Source: Promethearchaeota archaeon
GTDB lineage: Archaea > Asgardarchaeota > Lokiarchaeia > Sigyniarchaeales > SOKP01
Length of the DNA stretch: 64,000 nucleotides
Assembly: GCA_004375715.1 (NCBI GenBank)
Contig: SOKP01000182.1
Location: 3,813 to 67,812, forward strand
Reading direction: 5' to 3'
Of the stretch, positions 28,474-38,005 are shown in pieces (within the stretch, counting starts at the first letter, position 1; the number at the start of each line of letters is the position of its first letter). The notes beneath the pieces are model-generated. The model saw only the letters and a program-made list of their open reading frames with translations. It did not search any database and had not been told where the DNA came from. The position numbers and the translations under genes were made by a program.

Positions 28474-28749
28474 TTAATAGCGATTTCGTCTTCCGCCTCG
28501 ACTATAAGAGTCAAGTTGAGGAGGAGCTTTTTCGGTTACTACGACATTTGAAGCTTGAGGACCTTTTTGGCCTTCGGTTACTTCAAACTCAACCTTATCG
28601 TTTTCGTTTAATGTCTTGTATTCGTCATCTCCACCAGCTAATGCGGTGTAATGAACGAAGACATCGTCACCTTCTTCAGAATTAATAAATCCAAAGCCTT
28701 TTCGGCTATTAAACCATTTTACTGTTCCTTTTACCAATTTTAAAACCAA
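28474..28749 (-). CDS. Cold-shock domain protein with Arg-rich tail (copy B)
   Basis: [30 protein letters not shown], tail SRGGRRNRY. Near-identical to copy A. Confidence 0.85.
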   Translation of the reverse strand: MVLKLVKGTVKWFNSRKGFGFINSEEGDDVFVHYTALAGGDDEYKTLNENDKVEFEVTEGQKGPQASNVVVTEKAPPQLDSYSRGGRRNRY

Positions 28750-28863
28750 TTTTTTTTAGAACTAATTCTTTTTACATCAAAGAATTAAGTAAATTAACAA
28801 TCCATAGATAATATATTTTTACCTTTTCCTTTAAAACTAAAACAAATTTCGATGGTGAAACAG

Positions 28864-29697
28864 TCAATCTACCCAAAAATCTTTTGCTAATTTTCTTCTC
28901 GTTTGCCACAAACCACCTTTATCAGTGAAGTTGAGAATGCCTTTGCCCTGATCTGCGTCTTTTATTTTCCAAAATCCGCTCACAGCTCCCGTTAAAGCGC
29001 CCGATAAAACTTCGAAACCTTGAGCCGTGTATAAATCGCATTCTACACCCCGGTTAATGATAAATTTTAATTGACGCATTCCTTGTTGATTTTTGGATTT
29101 AAGTACTTCTAACAATCGCTCAACTTCTTCATCTAGTTGGTCGTTGGCAACAACTCTGTTCCACAAATTCCATTCAACAGCCTTTTTGCTCGTGTGAAGC
29201 GCTCCAATAAGATTTATTTCCTTGGCTCTTCTCCGACCTATTAATCTCGATAAGCGTGTCGTACCACCCCATCCGGGAGTTATTCCAACATCTACCTCTG
29301 GCATACCCCATTTTGAACGTTCCGTAGCTATAACAAAATCGCACACCATAGTAATCTCCAACCCCCCTCCCACAGCATAACCGTCTACCGCAGCAATAGT
29401 CATTTTATCCAATTCTTCGAGTTGATTAGCCATATTTTGATAATATCGACATCTTCGAGTTATATCGTTAGCGTTTCCCCATTTAATCATTTCGGTTATA
29501 TCATCGCCCACGCAAAAGTTGGGACCCTCACCTTTAATGACCAAGAATTTAAGTTTTGTAGACTGTCTGACAATTTCTATGGCTTCTACAATTTCTTCTG
29601 AAAGTTTCATGCTTAATGCGTTCATGACTTCAGGTCTATTGAGTATTATCCAAGCTGTCTCTTCAATTTCCTTATAAATTAAATTTTCGAATTTCAT
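28864..29697 (-). CDS. Enoyl-CoA hydratase/isomerase (crotonase family)
   Basis: WIILNRPEVMNALS, FCVGDDI, AAVDGYAVGGGLEITMVCD, MPEVDVGITPGWGGT. Confidence 0.9.
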   Translation of the reverse strand: MKFENLIYKEIEETAWIILNRPEVMNALSMKLSEEIVEAIEIVRQSTKLKFLVIKGEGPNFCVGDDITEMIKWGNANDITRRCRYYQNMANQLEELDKMTIAAVDGYAVGGGLEITMVCDFVIATERSKWGMPEVDVGITPGWGGTTRLSRLIGRRRAKEINLIGALHTSKKAVEWNLWNRVVANDQLDEEVERLLEVLKSKNQQGMRQLKFIINRGVECDLYTAQGFEVLSGALTGAVSGFWKIKDADQGKGILNFTDKGGLWQTRRKLAKDFWVD

Positions 29698-30051
29698 AAT
29701 TTATTCTTAATTTATAATAGATTTTAAATTTATAGAGCTAAAATACCAACTTTCTTTTTAATCTAAGATAACATTTATAAAACAGAAGGGATTTGCATAC
29801 ATTAATAATGGTTCTGAAGAATGCTGCTCTATTGAGCTCAGTAAAAGAATTTTTACAGAAAAAAGTATTACTTCAGTCATTATTACTGTTATTATTATAG
29901 CGATACAAATCCGCGTGATCTTTTTCTTTTAAATTTTTAACGGATTTGTTTGCCTGCGTATAAAATTTAATTGAAATAGGTTTTAGGGTAGTTATTGCAT
30001 CTAAAAGTATTTTAAAAAAAGTTTGGAACACTCAATAAAGATGGGTATATC

Positions 30052-32940
30052 ATGTATGATCCTGAGCAAATAGAAAAAAAATGGCAAGATAAATGGGAGC
30101 AAGCAAAAATATTTGAAGCAGATCCAATCGCCAACAAGGAAAAGATTTTTATGACCTCCCCTTATCCGTATGCTTCTGGTCCTTCACATATAGGCCATGG
30201 TAGGAGTTTTATAAACGGAGATGTTTTTGCGAGATATTACCGTGCAAAAGGGTATAATGTATTATACCCAATGGCATTTCATATAACAGGCACTCCTGTG
30301 TTAGCAATATCTTCTTCCATTGAAAGAAATGATAAAGAAACGATAGAACGAATGGAAGAGTATGTATCGTTACATACAGCTGATCGAGAACAAGTAAAAA
30401 GACTTGTGGAAAGCTTTGTAGAACCGTGGAATATTGTGAACTATTTTTCGGACACTTATAAAAACGATTTTAAAGCTTTAGGTATGAGTTTGGATTGGAG
30501 AAGAGAATTCACAACTGGTGATAAACTCTACAATAAACTAATTGAGTGGCAATTTCATAAGCTATTCGACGAGGGATATTTAGAAAAAGGCGAGTATCCT
30601 ATTTTATATTGTCCTCAATGTGGAAACGCTGTAGGCGAGGATGATATTTCAAGTGGAGATGAATTAAATTTAGACATTAACGAATATACTTGCATAAAAT
30701 TTCCATTTGAGGACGCGTATCTAGTTCCTTCTACATTGAGACCAGAAACAATCTACGGTGCAACTAACCTCTGGATGAACCCTACTGGTACATATGTGTA
30801 CGCTAGAGTGAATGGGGATATCTGGGTTATTTCTGAGGAAGCAACTATACTTTTAAAGAATCAGAATAAAGATATAGAGATATTGGAGAAATTTAAAGGA
30901 ATTGATTTAATTGGGAAAAAAGTTAAGAGTATAGATGGAGCCCGAGATCTTCTAATTTTACCTGGGGATTTTGTAGATACTTCAGTTGCAACTGGTGTAG
31001 TCTACTCAGTACCTGCCCACGCTCCATACGATTATGTCGCATTATTAGACCTCCAAAAAAATGATGCTACTATGAAAGAGTTTAAATTAAATTCGGAGGA
31101 AATAAAGAAAATTGAGCCTATTCAAATCATTGACTTATTAGATTTCGAAGATTTTCCCGCAAAAGTTTATTGCGAGAAGTACGATGTCCATACTCAAACA
31201 GATTTTGAAAAATTAGATAAGGCAACAGCTGAAAATTATAAGGTGGAATTTTATAGCGGTGTTCTGAATGATAAGTGCGGAAAATATAAAGGAATGAAAG
31301 TAAACGAAGCTGTTGTTAAGGTTATTGACGATTTAATTGAGGACGAGAAGGCAGATAAGATTTTTCTACCTGTTACTAAAGATCTAAAGTGTAAGTGTGG
31401 AAAAGAAATATTGGTTTCGATATTAAGAGATCAATGGTTCCTAAATTTTAATGCGGGAGATTGGAAGCAAAAAGCGTTAAAATGCTTGAGTAATATGAAT
31501 ATTGTCCCCACTAAATATCGCATGAACTTTGAACATGTGTTTAATTGGTTAGAGAAAAGGCCTTGTGCGCGGAAGAGGGGTCTTGGAACTCAGCTTCCAT
31601 TTGATGATAACTGGATTATTGAGTCATTAAGCGATTCTACAATATATATGAGCTTCTACACTATAATTCATCTGATAAAGAAAAATAATCTCACACCGGA
31701 ACAGCTAATGCCAGCTTTTTTTGATTACGTTTTATTAAATGTGGGCAATATCAAAAACCTATCTAATGAAACTAAGATTAAAGAAATTGTATTAAAACAA
31801 ATACAACAAGAATTTGAATATTGGTATCCCGTAGATCATAGACATACCGCAATAATGCATATTTCCAATCATCTAAGCTTTTATATATTTCATCATGTCG
31901 CTATTTTTCCAGAGAAACATTGGCCAAAAATCGTCTCTTTAATGGAACCAGTAATTATTGAAGGTCAAAAAATGGGAAAATCTAAAGGAAATGTAATATC
32001 AATATCAAATATAATATCTAATTACTCGGCTGATTTATTCCGTTTTTATATTTCTCATAGTGGCGATTTTGGAATCAGTGTAGATTGGCGTGAAAAACAA
32101 ATACAAATCGTGAAGAATCATATACTACGGTTTTACAATTTTATTTCGGAAAATACCGTTAAACTCATTAAAATTGAAGGAAAAATAGAGAACATTAAAA
32201 CAAAATATGCAAATATCGTGTTATCGAAATGCACTAAGAAATTTGTTGAAGCGGAAATTGGTTTGAAGAATTTAAATATAAGAAAATACCTTCAACTTTC
32301 TTTTTACGAGGTTTTTAACATAATTCAAGATTTTAATAGGTATTGCGAAGATGCAAATGATATTTTGGAAGTTTATAAAATTATTTTTCCAAACTGGGTA
32401 AAATTGCTTTCGTTAACCATGCCTCACTTATGCGAGGAATTATGGGAAATGATGGGAAACACCGAGTTCCTTTCAACTGTCATTTGGGACGATTTTAACA
32501 AAGATTATATCAATAATGATATCGAAAGTGAATTTGACTATATTTCTGATGTAATCGCTGACATTCTAAATATTCAAAAAATTGTTTCATCTACTAATCT
32601 AAGTAAATTTTACCTGTACACTGCTCCAAGTTGGAAATATGAGGTTTCAAAAATAATTACATCAAAAGAGGGTAATTTCAAGAAGATTATCGATGAATGT
32701 AAGCAAATACCGGATTTTATAAAAAATCCGAACTTGATTCCCTTTGTCAAAAATCAGATAAAAAATCGTAAATGGGAAAAGGACATAATTAATTTGAATG
32801 AAAAGAATCTATTGGAAGAATACAAAGGTTATATTGAAAAAAAAATCAACAGCAGCATAATAATTAACTCAGACTACGACCCTAAAAAGCGATCGCCTAA
32901 AGCGCTACCTAATAAACCCGCAATTTATTTAGAGACTTAA
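30052..32940 (+). CDS. leuS: Leucyl-tRNA synthetase, archaeal/eukaryal type
   Basis: HIGH motif (PSHIGHGRS), KMSKS motif (KMGKSKGN), WQDKWEQAKIFEA N-terminus. Length 962 aa. Confidence 0.95.
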   Translation: MYDPEQIEKKWQDKWEQAKIFEADPIANKEKIFMTSPYPYASGPSHIGHGRSFINGDVFARYYRAKGYNVLYPMAFHITGTPVLAISSSIERNDKETIERMEEYVSLHTADREQVKRLVESFVEPWNIVNYFSDTYKNDFKALGMSLDWRREFTTGDKLYNKLIEWQFHKLFDEGYLEKGEYPILYCPQCGNAVGEDDISSGDELNLDINEYTCIKFPFEDAYLVPSTLRPETIYGATNLWMNPTGTYVYARVNGDIWVISEEATILLKNQNKDIEILEKFKGIDLIGKKVKSIDGARDLLILPGDFVDTSVATGVVYSVPAHAPYDYVALLDLQKNDATMKEFKLNSEEIKKIEPIQIIDLLDFEDFPAKVYCEKYDVHTQTDFEKLDKATAENYKVEFYSGVLNDKCGKYKGMKVNEAVVKVIDDLIEDEKADKIFLPVTKDLKCKCGKEILVSILRDQWFLNFNAGDWKQKALKCLSNMNIVPTKYRMNFEHVFNWLEKRPCARKRGLGTQLPFDDNWIIESLSDSTIYMSFYTIIHLIKKNNLTPEQLMPAFFDYVLLNVGNIKNLSNETKIKEIVLKQIQQEFEYWYPVDHRHTAIMHISNHLSFYIFHHVAIFPEKHWPKIVSLMEPVIIEGQKMGKSKGNVISISNIISNYSADLFRFYISHSGDFGISVDWREKQIQIVKNHILRFYNFISENTVKLIKIEGKIENIKTKYANIVLSKCTKKFVEAEIGLKNLNIRKYLQLSFYEVFNIIQDFNRYCEDANDILEVYKIIFPNWVKLLSLTMPHLCEELWEMMGNTEFLSTVIWDDFNKDYINNDIESEFDYISDVIADILNIQKIVSSTNLSKFYLYTAPSWKYEVSKIITSKEGNFKKIIDECKQIPDFIKNPNLIPFVKNQIKNRKWEKDIINLNEKNLLEEYKGYIEKKINSSIIINSDYDPKKRSPKALPNKPAIYLET

Positions 32941-32962
32941 TTTGAGTCGTCATTTGAAATAT

Positions 32963-35623
32963 CTATAGGCTTTGAGTTATCGGTAAGGTAAAGTAAAAAG
33001 CCGAACCTTGATTTCTACCTTCTGATTCCACCCAGATTTCCCCTCCGTGGAGTTCTACTATCTTTCTAGAGATAAACAAGCCAAGGCCAGTACCATCTGG
33101 AACGACTTCTAGATTTTGACCGTAATGTTCAATTTTACCGAACTGTTTAAAAATCTTTTGCCTTTCTTCACTTGTGAAGCCAATACCATTATCTTTTATA
33201 GAAGTTATTATAAGATTGTCTCTAATTTCAGATCTGATTTCGATTTTCCCATTTGGTGGAGTATATTTAATAGCGTTGTTTAACAGATTGCTTACGACTT
33301 TATGAATTTGCTCTTCTTCAAAATCTGTGATAAGTTTTGGTTGAACATTGATTTTCAGTTCGTGATTTCTTAAATCAGCAAAACCTTGAACTTCTCTTAA
33401 ACAAATGTGAATTATGTTAGAAAGGTTGTCATTTTTTAATTTTATCTTTGTGTATCCTGATTCTAATTCTGCAGCTTTTAGAATATCTCCTATAAGTTTT
33501 TGTAATCTATCTGCACCATTCTTGATCGCCGTTATTTTTGATATTGAGTAGTCATCTAATTTACTTCTATGAACAGTCAGCAATAGATCAGAAAATCCTT
33601 TGATAGATACTAAGGGCGTCTTTAATTCATGAGATGTTCTTACAAACAATTCAGATTTTAAGTTGTTGAGTTTCATTAGTTCTTCTTCAGCTCTTTTCTT
33701 TTCAGTAATATCAATTATGGTAATCAGTTCAGCGGATTCTCCTTTATAGACGATGTTTTTAGAGAATTGGTCAATCCATTTTAATTTTCCTGATTTTGTA
33801 AAAACTCTGTACGAATAATAATTTTTTATACCTGGAATTCCATCCCTTAAATTTTGTCTATATTCTAGGAGAGATTTTAAATCTTGAGGATGTACTAATT
33901 TGACAATGTCTTCTTTAGTCCAACCTTCTGTTTCTTCAGAAGAGAATTCGAATATGTCAAATAATGCAGCATTCACATAATTGAGTTTATTATCCTGTAT
34001 TATCATTATACCCATGAATGCTTGTTCAGCGATTGTCCTGAATTTTTCTTCAGATTCTTTTAATTTTTGTTCTGCAATCTTCTGTTCTGTAATATCTACG
34101 AGAACTCCCGTGAGTTTTTTCTCTCCTCCAATTTTTAACGTACTAAATCTAGATGATACAGGAACATAATGACCGGCTTTGTGTTGCAATCTGAACTCTA
34201 AATAATGAATATCCTTGGAATTGAATGCTATCTTAACATTCTCAGACACCAAAATTGAATCCTCAGGATGGACAAATTTAAAAACATTTTTCCCAATCAT
34301 TTCCTCTGGAGATAATCCCAAAATTTCTAATAATTGATGGCTAACATATGAACAAATACCTTTTATATCAATTTCATATATAATATCTGAAATATTATTC
34401 ACGAATCCACGATATTTTTCTTCAGATTCTCTCAGATTTTCCTCTGCTTTTTTAATTCCTGTAATGTTCCTAGCAACTACTAATAACTTTCGCTGATCAA
34501 GAATGTCATTAAAGAATTTTCCATAGATTTGAAACCAAAGATAATGCCCTTTTTTGTGTTTAAACCTTATTTGATGTTGATAGCTTCCCTTATCCACCCC
34601 TCCTCTAAAACTGGCTAAATACGACTTCACATCATCCTTATGAGTGATTCTACTTTTAAAGGAAGCTTTCAAAAATTTCTTGGGATTGTATCCTAAGACC
34701 CTTGAATGAGTGTCTGCATTAATATATTCTGCTACGACCTTATCATTGTAAAGGATTATAAGATCATCTGAATTTTCTGTGAGGAACCGATATTTTTCTT
34801 CAGATGTTCTCAAATTTTCTTCAACTTGCTTGATATCAGTTATATCCCTTGCGATTACAAGAAGTTTTCTGTTTTCAGAATCCACGCTAAAAAATTTAGC
34901 AGTAATTTGGAACCATAAATAATAACCCTCTTGATGTTTAAACCTGATTTGACCTCGATAACTCCCCTCTTTAATCCCTTTTTTAACGATGTTAAGTAAA
35001 GGAATTACATCATCCTTATGTGCAATAATATTTTTAAATGAGGCATTTAAAAACTTTTTAGCAGGATATCCCAAAACTCTGGAATGGCTTTCAGCATTTA
35101 TGTAAATAATCCTAAATTTTTCGTCATAGAGAGTAATTAAATCATCAGAATTTTCCGAAAGGATTCTATATTTTTCCTCTGATTCTTCTAATTCTCTCTC
35201 TCTATTCTTAATTTCCGTAATATCTATATTATTAAGATTTTTCTTCTTAATCGAAGAGTTAGCAGTAAAATATTGAACAATCGTATTGGGAGTTATAAGT
35301 TGGAACGAGATGTTATAAGAAAATCCATTATTTACAATTGGATTACCATTATTAGCAGTTATGTTTAATTTGTGGTCATTTAAAGCACAATCCTGTATCC
35401 CCTCTAACAACTGAGAGTTATCTTTATATATTTCTAAGGCGCTCCTACCAATATAATCTTTTATTTTTCCGCCGCTAATTCTGGAGCTTTCTTCGTTGCT
35501 ACTTACAAGCGTTAATGAGTTACTCATTTTTTTCCAAAGCAAAGCGGGTAATGGGATGCTTTTTAATAACATCGAAAATTTATTTTCTATATCATCAAGA
35601 TTTGATTTAAATTCCATTGTCAA
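32963..35623 (-). CDS. Cytoplasmic multi-PAS sensor histidine kinase
   Basis: At least four PAS-like modules, each preceded by SEEKYR/SEEKFR linkers. HisKA H-box SHELKTPL. HATPase_c N-box (NLLNNAIKYT) and G-boxes (DNGIGF, GTGLGL). No TM segment. Confidence 0.9.
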   Translation of the reverse strand: MTMEFKSNLDDIENKFSMLLKSIPLPALLWKKMSNSLTLVSSNEESSRISGGKIKDYIGRSALEIYKDNSQLLEGIQDCALNDHKLNITANNGNPIVNNGFSYNISFQLITPNTIVQYFTANSSIKKKNLNNIDITEIKNRERELEESEEKYRILSENSDDLITLYDEKFRIIYINAESHSRVLGYPAKKFLNASFKNIIAHKDDVIPLLNIVKKGIKEGSYRGQIRFKHQEGYYLWFQITAKFFSVDSENRKLLVIARDITDIKQVEENLRTSEEKYRFLTENSDDLIILYNDKVVAEYINADTHSRVLGYNPKKFLKASFKSRITHKDDVKSYLASFRGGVDKGSYQHQIRFKHKKGHYLWFQIYGKFFNDILDQRKLLVVARNITGIKKAEENLRESEEKYRGFVNNISDIIYEIDIKGICSYVSHQLLEILGLSPEEMIGKNVFKFVHPEDSILVSENVKIAFNSKDIHYLEFRLQHKAGHYVPVSSRFSTLKIGGEKKLTGVLVDITEQKIAEQKLKESEEKFRTIAEQAFMGIMIIQDNKLNYVNAALFDIFEFSSEETEGWTKEDIVKLVHPQDLKSLLEYRQNLRDGIPGIKNYYSYRVFTKSGKLKWIDQFSKNIVYKGESAELITIIDITEKKRAEEELMKLNNLKSELFVRTSHELKTPLVSIKGFSDLLLTVHRSKLDDYSISKITAIKNGADRLQKLIGDILKAAELESGYTKIKLKNDNLSNIIHICLREVQGFADLRNHELKINVQPKLITDFEEEQIHKVVSNLLNNAIKYTPPNGKIEIRSEIRDNLIITSIKDNGIGFTSEERQKIFKQFGKIEHYGQNLEVVPDGTGLGLFISRKIVELHGGEIWVESEGRNQGSAFYFTLPITQSL

Positions 35624-35853
35624 CCCTACTTAAAAAAAATTACAACTAAATATAATATTGCAAATTTTTAATTTAACTTCTTGCCAATTGCAGATAGTAC
35701 GAGTTGCTACCAATTATAATCTTTACTTTTTCTCGTTTAAATGGTATCTAACATGGATGTAAAATGGAAAATTATCCAAAATCAGATTTTTAAAAAAAAT
35801 TAAATAATTAACCATCATTTGAAAAAATAAAATCAAAAATAATGTGAAGATGT

Positions 35854-37227
35854 ATGACAGAAGCAGTAAGTATGTATGAAAAATATTTCAAAGATCCAAA
35901 ACGGGAACCTGTCTTGATCGATTATGTAAGGACTCCAATAGGAAAGAGGAGAGGGACTATAGTAAGGCATAGAGGAGATGATCTAATAATACATTGTTAT
36001 GAAGCTTTAATAAAGCGAAATGATTTTGATATGAGCCTTCTCGGTGATTCTATGGTTTCATGTAATAGTCAAATAGGTGAATGTGCATTGGATATTGGAA
36101 GAAACGCAGCATTAGGTGCACACCTTCCTGTTAGTGTAGGGGGAATGAGTCTCAATAGGCACTGTGCGAGTGGTGCTCAAGCTGTTCTATCTGCGTGGCA
36201 AGCAGTTGCTAGCGGTGTGCACAATGCGGTCATTTGCGGAGGAATAGAGATTCAAAATAAATACCCTATTATGGCTGATGCGAATGTTTTTAATGAAGAG
36301 TTGGGAAAACCTTTAATGGTTGCTCCCAATAAGAAGATCTTGACAAATCCCGAAGTTGCAGCAAAATTGGAAGAATACCATACTTCCCTCGCTGGACAAA
36401 TTACAAGTGCGCATGTGTTAGGGATTCACTATTTCTCTAAACATAATGGGATAACACCTAAAGAGTTTAAGGGAGAATATAAAGATAAACTTAAACAGGA
36501 ATTAGATCAACTATCTTTACTTTCCCATCAAAAAGCAGATAAGGCTTGGGATGATAGAGGAAAGGAAATTGAGCCAATTTGGTGCCCAAAACTTGATGAA
36601 AACGGAAAACCGATGCTTGACGAAAAAAATTATGTTGTAGAAAACGAAAGTCATTCTGTTTTAACATCTCGTGACGAAGCTCCTCGCCCTAGCAGTACTA
36701 TGGAAGCGCTAGCAAATTTGAGAACAATTACAGGTCGAAAAAGCCAAGCGTTTTTAACAGCAGGAAATAGTTGTCCTACTAGCGATGGAGCAGCAGCGCA
36801 AATTTGGATGACAAGGGGGCTAGCAGAAGAATTAGGCCTCAAAGCCCGTGCTACAATCCTAAATTTTGCTATTGTTGGAACCGATCCTGTGATAATGCTA
36901 GATGGACCTGTTAAAGCAATGCCAGAAGCGTTAAAAAGAGCTAATTTAACCTTTGATGATATGAGTTATGTTGAAATCAACGAGGCATTTAGCACGGTTA
37001 TCTATGCTTGTTGTAAAGAATTGGGCTTAGATTGGAATAATCCTAATTTTAATCAATGGGGCGGAGCAATAGCTCTTGGACATCCAACTGGAATGACTGG
37101 TTGCAGATTAATAGGAAGCAATGTTCATCAACTGGAGAAAACCGGAGATGAATTCGCTATTAGCTCTATGTGTGTTGGATTTGGGATGAGCATCGCAACG
37201 ATCGTAAGAAACGAGCATCCAAAATAA
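35854..37227 (+). CDS. Thiolase (acetyl-CoA C-acyltransferase family) with an internal insertion
   Basis: Active-site Cys context NRHCASGAQAV, GNSCPTSDGAAA, GGAIALGHPTGMTGCR, CVGFGM. Confidence 0.85.
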   Translation: MTEAVSMYEKYFKDPKREPVLIDYVRTPIGKRRGTIVRHRGDDLIIHCYEALIKRNDFDMSLLGDSMVSCNSQIGECALDIGRNAALGAHLPVSVGGMSLNRHCASGAQAVLSAWQAVASGVHNAVICGGIEIQNKYPIMADANVFNEELGKPLMVAPNKKILTNPEVAAKLEEYHTSLAGQITSAHVLGIHYFSKHNGITPKEFKGEYKDKLKQELDQLSLLSHQKADKAWDDRGKEIEPIWCPKLDENGKPMLDEKNYVVENESHSVLTSRDEAPRPSSTMEALANLRTITGRKSQAFLTAGNSCPTSDGAAAQIWMTRGLAEELGLKARATILNFAIVGTDPVIMLDGPVKAMPEALKRANLTFDDMSYVEINEAFSTVIYACCKELGLDWNNPNFNQWGGAIALGHPTGMTGCRLIGSNVHQLEKTGDEFAISSMCVGFGMSIATIVRNEHPK

Positions 37228-37385
37228 TTCTTTTTTCTCTTTTTTTCATTTTATTTTTCTTAAGATAGTTTGATATTCGAAATCATATGCTAGTTTAGCA
37301 GATTTTCATATGAAAGATTAAATATGTAATTAAAAATAAATATATTAAGGGTACAAATATTTTATTACCTAATAATTAAAAAAAA

Positions 37386-37871
37386 TTGCTTATGTCAGAT
37401 AATAATATTAATTGTGAAGGTAGCAACTGTGTTGTCCTTGATTTTTCGGAAATTTACAAATTGACCAATAGAATAAATAAAAAATTTGAAAAATTACAAA
37501 GAAATATAATTCAAAAACAGAACATTACAACGGCTCAATATTCAATTTTACAGCAACTTTGGAAAACTGATGGCGTTCCATCCAAAAAATTAGCAGATGC
37601 GTGCTGTTGCTCTCAATCAACTATTACGGGGATTGTAGATACGATGGTAAAAAACGATATTGTATTCCGAAAGGAAAATCCTGATGATAGGAGGATTCAG
37701 TTAGTAATCCTAACCGATAAAGGCAAAAAACTGCAAAAAGAAGCTCCAAAGATTAATAGCATCCTAGATAATTGTTGTGGTGGATTTGATCCAGATGATA
37801 TTGACCTTTTAACCATATTATTAAAAAAATTGGATAAATCATTCTCAGATACTGAATTAGGTTCTTGCTAA
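37386..37871 (+). CDS. MarR-family transcriptional regulator, unusually Cys-rich
   Basis: ITTAQYSILQQLW...KKLADACCCSQSTITGIVDTMVKNDIVFRKENPDDRRIQLVILTDKGKKL is the MarR wHTH core. Cys clusters CCC and CCGG. An ATG at 37392 is an alternative start. Confidence 0.8.
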   Translation: MLMSDNNINCEGSNCVVLDFSEIYKLTNRINKKFEKLQRNIIQKQNITTAQYSILQQLWKTDGVPSKKLADACCCSQSTITGIVDTMVKNDIVFRKENPDDRRIQLVILTDKGKKLQKEAPKINSILDNCCGGFDPDDIDLLTILLKKLDKSFSDTELGSC

Positions 37872-38005
37872 AACTTATTTTAGCTTTTTAATAATTATTA
37901 GTTCGGATCCTAAATATTCGGAACCTTTATATAGTGATATTAACTATATTTTCTTAAGAAGAAAAACTTAAATTTTCTTAAAAAAAAAGAATAAGAGTGA
38001 ATTAA

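Larger units (their letters stand above)
27781..28875. repeat. Tandem segmental duplication (~0.55-kb unit x2) carrying the csp gene plus both flanks
   Basis: 27781-28320 and 28361-28875 align through the 3' flank (AAAAGATAAGGTTAGATAACAATCGCAAAAAGAGTTTTTTAC...), the CDS and the 5' flank. GTCAATCTACCCA at 28307-28319 copies the 3' end of the crotonase gene (28863-28875). Confidence 0.75.

Noticed and set aside
29905-29949. Perfect 9-bp inverted repeat ACAAATCCG...CGGATTTGT (27-nt spacer) about 100 nt upstream of leuS
   Set aside because: It is a real palindrome, but a single 9-bp stem with a long AT-rich loop cannot be distinguished from chance or from a generic terminator or operator without conservation or expression data.
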